A DNA stretch of 52,403 nt, from positions 1-52,403 of the IMG/VR virus record IMGVR_UViG_3300020161_001350; one strand, 5' to 3'. Below are positions 9,130 to 17,655 of the stretch, in pieces. Source of the stretch: a virus (lineage: Duplodnaviria > Caudoviricetes). The notes beneath the pieces were generated by a model, which searched no databases, was not told where the DNA came from, and was given only the letters and a program-made list of their open reading frames with translations. A program made the position numbers and the translations under genes. Each line of letters opens with the position of its first letter. Within the stretch, counting starts at the first letter, position 1.

Positions 9130-9387
9130 CTAAATGTCAACTACTTGTTCGGGGTCTAAATCTTGAATAAAATTAATGAAAAGACAGGCAGCATCCTCAT
9201 CGTTAAAATATCGGATAACTGTCTGTCCTGTATATTGAGAAATAACTGTAATTAAAAAGTTACTCTCATCAAAGATTGAAAACTTAATAATCCAGCCGTT
9301 TCGTGCGACTGGATACCAAGATTTAGTTTTTTCCGCTATTTGCGAAAATTTCTTTGATGGTGCCTGTTTTGATGAATTCTTTTGCAT
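9130..9387 (-). CDS. hypothetical protein
   Basis: ORF overlapping the upstream gene; start uncertain. Confidence 0.6.
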   Translation of the reverse strand: MQKNSSKQAPSKKFSQIAEKTKSWYPVARNGWIIKFSIFDESNFLITVISQYTGQTVIRYFNDEDAACLFINFIQDLDPEQVVDI

Positions 9388-9577
9388 ATTCGGTCGCTTG
9401 GTTATTGGCTTCAGCAGCCTTCACCGTATATGTATAAAAGGTTTTATTTGTGATTTCATTAAAGAACTTTAGGCCTTCGGTAAATAGTGCGTTGCCAAAG
9501 TCAACAGTAGAAACAGCCACATCTTTAGATTTGTTTACTGCAAATGCTAGGTCTTGGGTTTTTGGAAAGTCAAACAT
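9323..9577 (-). CDS. small helical protein, possibly phasin-like
   Basis: AAGGAG RBS; amphipathic helical composition; PhaR-like box upstream; the function is inference. Confidence 0.55.
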   Translation of the reverse strand: MFDFPKTQDLAFAVNKSKDVAVSTVDFGNALFTEGLKFFNEITNKTFYTYTVKAAEANNQATEYAKEFIKTGTIKEIFANSGKN

Positions 9578-9585
9578 TTTTATTT

Positions 9586-9602
9586 CTCCTTAGTTAAGCG
9601 AG
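9586..9602 (-). promoter_or_regulatory. ROSE-like RBS-sequestering hairpin
   Basis: CUCGCU-UAACUA-AGGAG with a bulged G opposite the Shine-Dalgarno. Confidence 0.5.
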
Positions 9603-9606
9603 TGGG

Positions 9607-9714
9607 TTATTCTTTAAAATGTCTATGTTTAGCATAATATTCGGCACGCAATCTTTGTGCTTCAATTATTGATTCAACAATACACATAAAAAAAGATTTA
9701 ATTTTCAGTAACAT
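9607..9714 (-). CDS. small peptide (35 aa, MLLKIKSFFMCIVESIIEAQRLRAEYYAKHRHFKE)
   Basis: Read manually; AAGGAGG RBS. Confidence 0.6.
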   Translation of the reverse strand: MLLKIKSFFMCIVESIIEAQRLRAEYYAKHRHFKE

Positions 9715-9738
9715 GAGTAACCTCCTTAAGCGTTACTC
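9715..9738 (-). promoter_or_regulatory. RBS-occluding hairpin (ROSE-like)
   Basis: GAGUAAC-G-CU / AG-GUUACUC stem enclosing AAGGAGG. Confidence 0.5.
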
Positions 9739-9741
9739 AGT

Positions 9742-9771
9742 TATTTAGTATAATTATACTGCATCGCAACA
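9742..9771 (-). promoter_or_regulatory. promoter region: TGC-N3-GCA operator, TATAAT -10 and late-promoter-like ACTAAATA
   Basis: TGTTGCGATGCAG-TATAAT-TAT-ACTAAATA on the minus strand. Confidence 0.5.
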
Positions 9772-9866
9772 TAGAATTGAGGCAAATGTGCTATAGTTTT
9801 GCCTGGTGATTACAGATTTATACCTGCCAAGAGCATAAGTATTGGTGTTCCGCTTTGATAATAAAG

Positions 9867-10274
9867 CTAAAGCTTAATAAGGTGGTCCTTCCGAATTCTA
9901 CAAGAAACCCACTCATTATAGTATGATTCATGCATTAGAGCATGACGACTGAATATCTCCCAAGTTTCCCAATAAGAACATTCACTCCGAGTTTTACAGA
10001 GGTGTAGTATCTCTCTGATATATTGGTCTACACCATTTTCTTTTACTTCTTCTTGCAGCTTCTTATTACTTCCCCAATAGGTCATCCAGTCACTTGAAAC
10101 CCGTGATCGTTTCTTTTTGCCTTTGACCTGCTTGGTTTTGGATTTGGTAAAGAACTTCTTACCAATGTATTTACGACCTGTTTTTAGGTGCGTAATCATA
10201 TAGACAAAGCCGAAGGCCTCGCCTATATGTTCTTCTGTAAATTCATCTTTAGTATTAAGAAAGAACCAACTCAT
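9867..10274 (-). CDS. GIY-YIG endonuclease, T4 endonuclease II (DenA)-like
   Basis: FGFVY...KYIGKK, YWGSN, REILHLC, YYNEW. Confidence 0.8.
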   Translation of the reverse strand: MSWFFLNTKDEFTEEHIGEAFGFVYMITHLKTGRKYIGKKFFTKSKTKQVKGKKKRSRVSSDWMTYWGSNKKLQEEVKENGVDQYIREILHLCKTRSECSYWETWEIFSRHALMHESYYNEWVSCRIRKDHLIKL

Positions 10275-10885
10275 TTTTTTGTCTTGCTTAGCATATTAGA
10301 AGCTATGTTTAACATGTTACGCACTTTGTCCATGTCAGCAGGTTGTTCTTTCCAACCTACGGTTATTTGGCCAATAAATTTGGTATTGTCTGGAGGCACG
10401 CTGATTCTACATCCATACCTCATGCCTTGTTCAATGTACCATAACCCAATCTCACTCTGAGCTGCAAGATATTCTCCGCAAGGTGTTTCGCCAGCCATTA
10501 GAGCAACAACATCACGATTATTAGCGACATTGGCGGAAAACAGTCCTACATCTATGCCTTCTTTGGTTTTATCTCGGCCCTCTTTGGTGTAGGCTCTGTA
10601 AAGAATTCGAGTACCAAGTATTGGATTTACCTTGAATACAGCAACAACTTCGGCCTGAGTTTGCTTGAACAAATGCTTGACAGCATCATCTAAGCGATCA
10701 TCTGCTATCTCTGGTAATTTTTGGTGTTCTTTATAAGCACCTAGAAGTATTTCTTGATTCTTGTAAAGCATTACGCCGGCAAACCCTACTACAGCCATGA
10801 TGATTATGGCTATAAGTTTGAACGGCGAATCCACATAGGCCAGAATCTTGGTTAGCCAGTCTGTATTTTCTTTTTGTTGTTTCAT
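10271..10885 (-). CDS. single-TM protein with GAF-like C-terminal domain, T4 holin T-like
   Basis: One N-proximal TM, two Cys, GQITVGW...ASNMLSKTK resembles the T4 T C-terminus as recalled. Confidence 0.5.
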   Translation of the reverse strand: MKQQKENTDWLTKILAYVDSPFKLIAIIIMAVVGFAGVMLYKNQEILLGAYKEHQKLPEIADDRLDDAVKHLFKQTQAEVVAVFKVNPILGTRILYRAYTKEGRDKTKEGIDVGLFSANVANNRDVVALMAGETPCGEYLAAQSEIGLWYIEQGMRYGCRISVPPDNTKFIGQITVGWKEQPADMDKVRNMLNIASNMLSKTKK

Positions 10886-11034
10886 TCATCTTCATCCTCA
10901 ACATTGTCCATATCTTCATATATGTATTCGCCGCAGAATGGACAATTTTGAGGATCAGATTCGGTTTGTTCTTCGTTATATTTGAGTGTGAATTCAGAAC
11001 TGCACTCATTACAAATGTGGTGTAGTGTAGCCAT
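10882..11034 (-). CDS. small zinc-ribbon protein (50 aa)
   Basis: Read manually: CNEC...CPFC plus acidic tail. Confidence 0.75.
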   Translation of the reverse strand: MATLHHICNECSSEFTLKYNEEQTESDPQNCPFCGEYIYEDMDNVEDEDE

Positions 11035-11037
11035 ATC

Positions 11038-11577
11038 TTAGTATAATTGAATTTTTTGTTGTTCTATAATTTTAATATATTCTTTCTCACCTTTGGCTAC
11101 TAATTTTTGCCAATCGTGAGAAGCATTTTCATCTGCTGAATCAGTAACATACTTATAACAGGAAAAATTAACTCTTGTGAGTTTACATACTTTAGCAATT
11201 GCAAAGGCTTCCATATCGACAACATCACCTTGAGTTACCTTTTCAGTCACAAAATTATCACCACTTGAACATAACAAACCATCGTCAGTTTTAATTATAA
11301 CCTCATCTTCGAATGGTGTTTGGCCAACTGCAAAACCAAGTGGCATACAAAGCATATCTCTTTGTATAAATTGACCACATTTATGTAGGCCTGAACCAAC
11401 TGTAATACCACCAGCCGTACCAAAGTTTATAATTCTTTTTGGATTAAAAAACTGTATTACTTCTGTAGTAGCAATCGCAGCATTTATTTTACCAACACCA
11501 CAAAAGATAACATTCTTGTATTTGGCAAGATTTGGTGCCTCATCTTTAAGTGCAATTATAATTATATCATTCATCAT
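11038..11577 (-). CDS. MTA/SAH nucleosidase (Pfs/PNP_UDP_1 family)
   Basis: GVGKINAA, INFGTAGG, SGDNF, VDMEAFAIA, K.VTD.ADE. Confidence 0.88.
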   Translation of the reverse strand: MMNDIIIIALKDEAPNLAKYKNVIFCGVGKINAAIATTEVIQFFNPKRIINFGTAGGITVGSGLHKCGQFIQRDMLCMPLGFAVGQTPFEDEVIIKTDDGLLCSSGDNFVTEKVTQGDVVDMEAFAIAKVCKLTRVNFSCYKYVTDSADENASHDWQKLVAKGEKEYIKIIEQQKIQLY

Positions 11578-12088
11578 AAGAAATTAAAGCTTCACATGAT
11601 ATATTGTTATCTTTTAAACTTTTCATACCTGGTAAAAATGCCAAGTTTATAATGACCGCAGCATTGACCTGTTCTATACCAAGTAATTTCTTTACTGCAA
11701 TAATTGTACCACCCGTAGCAAGTAAATCATCCACAATAAAAGGCCTATCACCAATTGGCGCATTTGCTTGAATTGATAAACTATCGGTGCTATACTCAGT
11801 ATCGTATGTAATTGTTTTTAATTCACCAGGTAGTTTATTTGGTTTTCTTACGATAACAAGTGGTAATTTAAGTGCATGTGCAATTGGAGAACCAAAGAGA
11901 AATCCTCGGCTCTCAATTGCAACGATGGAGGTTGGTGGTTTTTGAAATGCTAAATCTTTTAACCAAGTGATACAGGTGTCATATACTAAAGAATCAGTTA
12001 AAATACCATTTATATCAATAAAGTTTATACCAGGTTTTGGCCAATCTTTATGAATTGGTATTTTTTTCTTTAAATCATTTAGCACCAT
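11567..12088 (-). CDS. apt: adenine phosphoribosyltransferase
   Basis: DWPKPGINFIDI, IESRGF, VRKPNKLPG, Y.TEY, VDDLLATGGT. Confidence 0.93.
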   Translation of the reverse strand: MVLNDLKKKIPIHKDWPKPGINFIDINGILTDSLVYDTCITWLKDLAFQKPPTSIVAIESRGFLFGSPIAHALKLPLVIVRKPNKLPGELKTITYDTEYSTDSLSIQANAPIGDRPFIVDDLLATGGTIIAVKKLLGIEQVNAAVIINLAFLPGMKSLKDNNISCEALISYDE

Positions 12089-12552
12089 GACTGTTTAGCA
12101 TCACCATAATATTCACGAGCAAAACCATTTGCAATTAACATGGAACGGAGAGATTGGCCATTTAATATAATATCACCCAATACACGGCCACCGAATTTAT
12201 CCCATCCATACAACACAGCTTGACGCTGAGTGGACTGAGCAACGGCTTGCTTTGTAAAAGCTGAGGCGGCTTGACCTCTTGCATCTTCAGCAGGACATTG
12301 TGCTCTGTGGCCTTTTTCTGGAGTGTCCACACCGTAGATTCTGACGGCAAGTTCAGGTTTAAGTGGTGCGGGTAAGAATGGTGCGGAAATAACAACAGTA
12401 TCGCCGTCAGATACACGGAGAATCTGTGCATCGTATGTTACGCCTTTTGGTTGTTTTTGTGCATAGGTTGGTACCGTAATGGCAATGGCCAATGCTATAA
12501 AAAGATAAATTACAATGCCAAATTTACACGCAATAGATTCTAATAGTTTCAT
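12079..12552 (-). CDS. thermonuclease (SNase-like) with N-terminal TM/signal
   Basis: DGDT, RIYGVDTPE, DKFGGRVLG. Confidence 0.9.
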   Translation of the reverse strand: MKLLESIACKFGIVIYLFIALAIAITVPTYAQKQPKGVTYDAQILRVSDGDTVVISAPFLPAPLKPELAVRIYGVDTPEKGHRAQCPAEDARGQAASAFTKQAVAQSTQRQAVLYGWDKFGGRVLGDIILNGQSLRSMLIANGFAREYYGDAKQSWC

Positions 12553-12567
12553 TTATTTTCCTTTTAA

Positions 12568-13557
12568 TTAAGCGGCTTTACCCCAAACATCATCCCAATT
12601 ACCAGATAGAGCGCCTTTAGCATAATCAGTTACACGGTTCTCAAAGAAATTGCCATGTACAGGACTATTGACCATTTCTTCGACCCATGGTAGTGGATTC
12701 TTTTTGACTTTAAAAATACCTTTAAGACCAAGGCTAATTAATCTACGGTCTGCTATGTATCTAATGTATTGTTTCACATCTTCTTTTGTTAAATTTATCA
12801 TTTCACCCATTTCAAATGCAAGGTCGATAAACTTATCTTCTAATTCAACCATTCTGCTTGCAATTGTATACAATTGGCCTTTAAGTTCATCGTTCCAAAT
12901 TTCTTTGTTTTCTTCAATATAAGTTCTAAACAATTTAATCATGGACTCTGTATGCATGGTTTCATCAACAATAGACCATGTAACAATTTGTCCCATGCCT
13001 TTCATTGTGCCGTTGCGTGGAAAATTTAGCAACATAATGAAAGATGAGAACAATTGCATGCCTTCAGTAAACGCAGAGAATACCGCAATATGCTTTGCGG
13101 TGTTTTCTTTTGAAGAATTCTGTGATGAAATGTCTAAGACATAATCATGCTTTTGGCGCATGGCATCGTATTCTAAAAACTGATTATACATTGTTTCAGG
13201 TAAACCAAGTGTTTCAATTAAATGAGAATATGCAGCAACATGAAGCGCTTCTCTTGCAGCAAAACCAAGTAACATCATACGCACTTCTGGTTGTGGAAAA
13301 TATGGTAGATAGTTCTTTACATAACCACCGGCCACATCTATATCGCCTTGTGTGAAGAAACGAAAAATATGAGTAAGAAACTGTTTCTCTGATGGTTTTA
13401 ATCTATTCTTCCAATCTTTCACATCTTCAAGCATTGGTACTTCTGTATGTAACCAATGAATCTGTTCGTGTTTTAGCCATGCCTCATAGGCCCATGGGTA
13501 AAAAAATGGTTTGAATGATTGTCTTTCATCCATCAAGTTATGTTTCTTCTTTGTCAT
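12568..13557 (-). CDS. nrdB: class Ia ribonucleotide reductase beta subunit
   Basis: FFTQGD, EALH..AY, EGMQLFSSF, DETMH, NFFENRVTDY. Confidence 0.96.
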   Translation of the reverse strand: MTKKKHNLMDERQSFKPFFYPWAYEAWLKHEQIHWLHTEVPMLEDVKDWKNRLKPSEKQFLTHIFRFFTQGDIDVAGGYVKNYLPYFPQPEVRMMLLGFAAREALHVAAYSHLIETLGLPETMYNQFLEYDAMRQKHDYVLDISSQNSSKENTAKHIAVFSAFTEGMQLFSSFIMLLNFPRNGTMKGMGQIVTWSIVDETMHTESMIKLFRTYIEENKEIWNDELKGQLYTIASRMVELEDKFIDLAFEMGEMINLTKEDVKQYIRYIADRRLISLGLKGIFKVKKNPLPWVEEMVNSPVHGNFFENRVTDYAKGALSGNWDDVWGKAA

Positions 13558-13558
13558 T

Positions 13559-14341
13559 TCAGTCCTTTTTTATTAGTCTTATTATTTGTGCAGGTACATC
13601 TAGTTCCCACCATTTTACTTTTTCATTCCAGTTTTGTGGGTTGTAGTGGTGGTTATTATGCCATTCGCCGCCTACAATTCCTACAAACAAGTTATTCGAT
13701 GATAAATCGTCCGTTTCAAAATTTCTATAATTTAATGGATTTTTCACATGCGAAAACACATTCACATATGCAACTCCAAACAATGCAATCACTATGCCAA
13801 TATTGTATGAGAATGCCAAACCAACATCAATCAATAACAATGCAATATAGAAAAACAAAATAACTAAACTATAATTCTTATGAGCGTGTATAGCCCAATC
13901 ATCCATTTTTCTATTTCTATCTAACAGGTTTACACTATCTAGTTTCCATTTAAAAAACATCACATTTAGATAGCCAATTTTTGTTGGTGCATGAGTGTCT
14001 TTATCTGTATCTGAATGTTTGTGGTGTGCTCTATGTGCCAAAGCATATGAAAATGGTGAACCAAAAGAAACTAAACAACTGCTATAACACATTACAATAT
14101 GCCAAAACTTATTTACGTCAAATGATCCATGTGAAAAATAACGGTGTAGTGCTATGTGATGTGACCACCATAGTAAAACCGCATACCAAATAAAAGGCAA
14201 AGCCACATACCACCAAGAAAAGTTAAAGTAAATGTAAACTAGACCAACAACTGCAAGTATTACCTGTATCAGAATTACAACTTGTGATACTTGGTAGGTG
14301 CAGGTAAAAACATTTCTCTTAAGCGTATTGAGGTTTATCAT
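13559..14341 (-). CDS. membrane fatty acid desaturase (delta-9-like)
   Basis: His boxes HRYFSH, HRAHHKHSD, GEWHNNHH; TM segments. Confidence 0.9.
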   Translation of the reverse strand: MINLNTLKRNVFTCTYQVSQVVILIQVILAVVGLVYIYFNFSWWYVALPFIWYAVLLWWSHHIALHRYFSHGSFDVNKFWHIVMCYSSCLVSFGSPFSYALAHRAHHKHSDTDKDTHAPTKIGYLNVMFFKWKLDSVNLLDRNRKMDDWAIHAHKNYSLVILFFYIALLLIDVGLAFSYNIGIVIALFGVAYVNVFSHVKNPLNYRNFETDDLSSNNLFVGIVGGEWHNNHHYNPQNWNEKVKWWELDVPAQIIRLIKKD

Positions 14342-15134
14342 TTAATTTATAAGATGCTTCTATCATCTTTTGTTCCATCTTAAATTTAGCCACATATACT
14401 TCACGACCAATTGAATATATTACTTTACGAAAAAAGTCTACATGTATAGAATCTAAATGTTTTCTGTATGCTTCGGCTTCTTCTATTAATTTATTAATAT
14501 TGTCGGTGTATTTAAAATTTTCTGTTACACCTTGAGTATCATAGGCATCACAAAATAAATGATACCTTTCTTCATCTGAATCATTTCGTATTTGGTGCAT
14601 ACAATTTACCCATAACATAAACACAGACCCATCAGCTGGCATATGAGCTTCACCATATTCTGTCCAATGCACACACTTTTCGTTTGTGATTAAAGGTATG
14701 TGTATTCGTGCCAAATATTCGTTATCGGAGGCATCTCGGTGAATAACGCTTCTAGAATGTGGTTTTAAACAAGTTATTCGCAACCGTCTAGGGTAAAAAC
14801 CTTTTGTTTCTAAAAAGTCAAGAACATCATTGAAAGGTCCAATACAAGCATTTGTTTTGTTTTTATGCTCAAATGGCATAGAATAATTTAAAAACTTTGC
14901 TAAATGATAGTTGAATGTGCCAGGTTTCCAAACTTTGCGATGACACTTCTCAACACCCCATTGAAAACCATCACGGTAATCTCCTGTGCGGCTTTGTAAG
15001 TTCCAACCACCAAATCGATTAAAACCAAATTCTTCGCCTTGAAATACCATTGGTCCAACTTTTTTAACATCTTCTAAGGTGGTTCTTAATTTTTCTACAT
15101 CAACACCGTATTTTAATGATTCAATCCATTGCAT
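14319..15134 (-). CDS. Asp/Asn beta-hydroxylase-like 2OG-Fe(II) oxygenase
   Basis: HRD...RIHIPLITN...H...N.S.EERYHL. Confidence 0.8.
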   Translation of the reverse strand: MQWIESLKYGVDVEKLRTTLEDVKKVGPMVFQGEEFGFNRFGGWNLQSRTGDYRDGFQWGVEKCHRKVWKPGTFNYHLAKFLNYSMPFEHKNKTNACIGPFNDVLDFLETKGFYPRRLRITCLKPHSRSVIHRDASDNEYLARIHIPLITNEKCVHWTEYGEAHMPADGSVFMLWVNCMHQIRNDSDEERYHLFCDAYDTQGVTENFKYTDNINKLIEEAEAYRKHLDSIHVDFFRKVIYSIGREVYVAKFKMEQKMIEASYKLNDKPQYA

Positions 15135-15135
15135 A

Positions 15136-16932
15136 TTATCCCTCGCAAGCTAAACACACTTCTTCTGTGGCCAATGCCTTCAAATCAATTTCTTCAATTA
15201 CTTGTCGTTCAATCTTCTTGCTTACTTTATCTGCCTTAGCCAACTTTTCACTACGACAGTAGTAAAGTGTTTTGAGGCCTTGTTTCCATGCTTGAAAATG
15301 AACTGCATGGAGATATTTTACATTAACATCTGGTCTAAAAAATAGGTTGACAGATTGCGCTTGGTCAATGTAACTTTGTCTGTTAGCTGCATGGTCCACC
15401 AACCATCTTTGGTCAATTTCCATAGAGGTTTTAAACACATCTTTTTGCCATTCATCCAAAAAGTTGAGGTGTTGAACACTTCCGTCATTTGCGATGATTG
15501 ATGACCAAATCTCATTGTAGTCCAATTTGTTGTCATTTTGACATTTCTCCTGGATAATTTTATCCAAATGTTTGTTTTTGTTTAGATGTGAACCGCTCAA
15601 TGTGTCCTGTCGATAAGCATTAGCCCGAAAAGGCTCAACAGAAGGGCTTGTATTGCCCATGATGATTGAAGAACTAGCATTAGGAGCAATAGCAAGCATA
15701 TGCGAAAACCTTTGGCCTGTGCCTTTGGCATCAGGTGCTTCACCTCTTTGTTTTCCTAGATATATGTTTGCTTGATCCAAATAAGCTCTGATGTGCTTAA
15801 ACATTTTCAAATTTGCGCCTGTTGCTTGTGCTGATTCCCACGGAATATTATTTTTTTGTAGATAAGCATGATAACCTAACGCACCAATACCAATACTTCT
15901 TTCCATTGTAGCAGAGTATTTTGCTCGCTGAACCGTGTCTGGTGCATTGTCAATAAAATACTGTAACACATTGTCAAGCATCTCTGCTACATCACGCAAG
16001 AATAATGGATCATTTTTCCATTCATCATAGTATTCTAAATTGACCGATGAGAGGCAACAAACTGCTGTGCGCTCTTTGTCAGTTGGTAGAATAATCTCTG
16101 AGCAAAGGTTGGATTGCTTGATTGATAACCCTTTGGCTTTTTGAAACTCTGGCATCAAACGATTGCTTGTATCGATGAAGTGTAGATACGGTTCACCAGT
16201 TTGCATACGAATTTCTAAGATTCGTTGCCATAATTCTTTTGCTGATACTGTATCACGCACCTCACCGCTATGTGGGTCTTTAAGATTCCATGTATCATCA
16301 AATTGTGGATCAAGCATCGACTGCTCAATAATATGCATAAAATCATCTGTTATGTTGATACCATGATGAAGATTTTGGCAACGCATATTCTGGTCGCCAG
16401 TTGGTTTTCTCATCTCTAAAAATATAAGAATATCAGGATGGCTAATATCGAGATAAGCAGCGTAACTGCCACGCCTGGTGCGGCCTTGTCTGTAAGCCAA
16501 ACTAGAAGCATCATAAGTGCGAAGATGAGGCATAACCCCAACAGACTTGTCATCTGCCGAACGAATTCCAATACCGATTCCAACTCCACCTCCTAGCATA
16601 GAAAGCCAATTGACTTCTGCGAGGCAATCGACCAAACCTTCCGCAGAATCATCCAAGTACGGAAGAAAACATGAAATAGGAAGACCCCGCTTGCTCCGAC
16701 CAAAGCTAAGAATGGGAGTAGAATAAGAAAGCCAATGTCGAGAACTATACTCATATAACCTTTGCGAGTGTTCATTGTTCGACCCAAAAGACTTAGATAC
16801 ATATGCAAACCTTTCTTGCGGTGAGGTTTCATCCTCACGCATATAACTTTCTTTTAATCTTTTTAAACCCAATTCATCAAAAAGAGAATCACGGGAAAAA
16901 TCAACGGTAATACCGTGGATATTATCTGACAT
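15136..16932 (-). CDS. nrdA: class Ia ribonucleotide reductase alpha subunit (short, no ATP cone)
   Basis: ISCF, SNLCSEI, APNASSS, LKTLYY, C-terminal CLACEG. Confidence 0.97.
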   Translation of the reverse strand: MSDNIHGITVDFSRDSLFDELGLKRLKESYMREDETSPQERFAYVSKSFGSNNEHSQRLYEYSSRHWLSYSTPILSFGRSKRGLPISCFLPYLDDSAEGLVDCLAEVNWLSMLGGGVGIGIGIRSADDKSVGVMPHLRTYDASSLAYRQGRTRRGSYAAYLDISHPDILIFLEMRKPTGDQNMRCQNLHHGINITDDFMHIIEQSMLDPQFDDTWNLKDPHSGEVRDTVSAKELWQRILEIRMQTGEPYLHFIDTSNRLMPEFQKAKGLSIKQSNLCSEIILPTDKERTAVCCLSSVNLEYYDEWKNDPLFLRDVAEMLDNVLQYFIDNAPDTVQRAKYSATMERSIGIGALGYHAYLQKNNIPWESAQATGANLKMFKHIRAYLDQANIYLGKQRGEAPDAKGTGQRFSHMLAIAPNASSSIIMGNTSPSVEPFRANAYRQDTLSGSHLNKNKHLDKIIQEKCQNDNKLDYNEIWSSIIANDGSVQHLNFLDEWQKDVFKTSMEIDQRWLVDHAANRQSYIDQAQSVNLFFRPDVNVKYLHAVHFQAWKQGLKTLYYCRSEKLAKADKVSKKIERQVIEEIDLKALATEEVCLACEG

Positions 16933-16947
16933 TCAATACTCCAGTTA

Positions 16948-17655
16948 TTATTCTGTTACAAATTCATTCGCCATCGGAAATACTTTGGCGATTACTTCAG
17001 CGCATTTTTTTGCTATTTCGATGTGTTCTCTCTGTGTGCCATTTGCAGAACGGAGTTCTATGTAGTGTATCCAACTACGCAAAGTTCCATTCATATACAA
17101 ACGAGAAACAGTATTGCCTTCGGGCAGAACAGCCCTAGCCTGTTCCTTTGCTATACCTTTTTCAATTGCCCAATTATATGTTTCTTTGGCAAGTGCAATA
17201 AGGATTTTTTGTTTGTGTTTCCATTCATCACAAATTAAAGCTTGACCCAATGAACCATCCATTTTAATACTATTTTGTCTATTTTTTGGGTCTTGAAATC
17301 TAGCATCTCTTAATTCAAATTCTAGGTCTTTCGTAGGATCAGCATAACGCTGTGAAAACTCCTGAAAAGAAAAAGAACGGTGTCTTAACATCTGCCTTGC
17401 TATATCTCTTGTGGTTTCTATTTCTAAACAAACACTCACCATCTCTAGTGGTGACCAATGTTGATTCTTTATTAAATAACGAATTAATTTCTCAGATGTT
17501 TCTTTATTTGATTGATTGCTAGGATTCGACACCCTTGCACAGAAAGCAACCAAATCTTGCATATTCATCACATCAACCTCAACATTATCCAGTTTAGCAG
17601 GATCAATTGCATGTTGAGAAAAACTAATCAATTTCACATTCATATTTTCTTCCAC
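16948..17655 (-). CDS. thyX: flavin-dependent thymidylate synthase
   Basis: HWSPLE, RHRSFSFQEFSQRY, EQARAVLP. Confidence 0.97.
   Translation of the reverse strand: MEENMNVKLISFSQHAIDPAKLDNVEVDVMNMQDLVAFCARVSNPSNQSNKETSEKLIRYLIKNQHWSPLEMVSVCLEIETTRDIARQMLRHRSFSFQEFSQRYADPTKDLEFELRDARFQDPKNRQNSIKMDGSLGQALICDEWKHKQKILIALAKETYNWAIEKGIAKEQARAVLPEGNTVSRLYMNGTLRSWIHYIELRSANGTQREHIEIAKKCAEVIAKVFPMANEFVTE

Noticed and set aside
16593-16838. Alternative-frame ORF inside nrdA
   Set aside because: No convincing RBS; alternative-frame ORFs of this length arise by chance.
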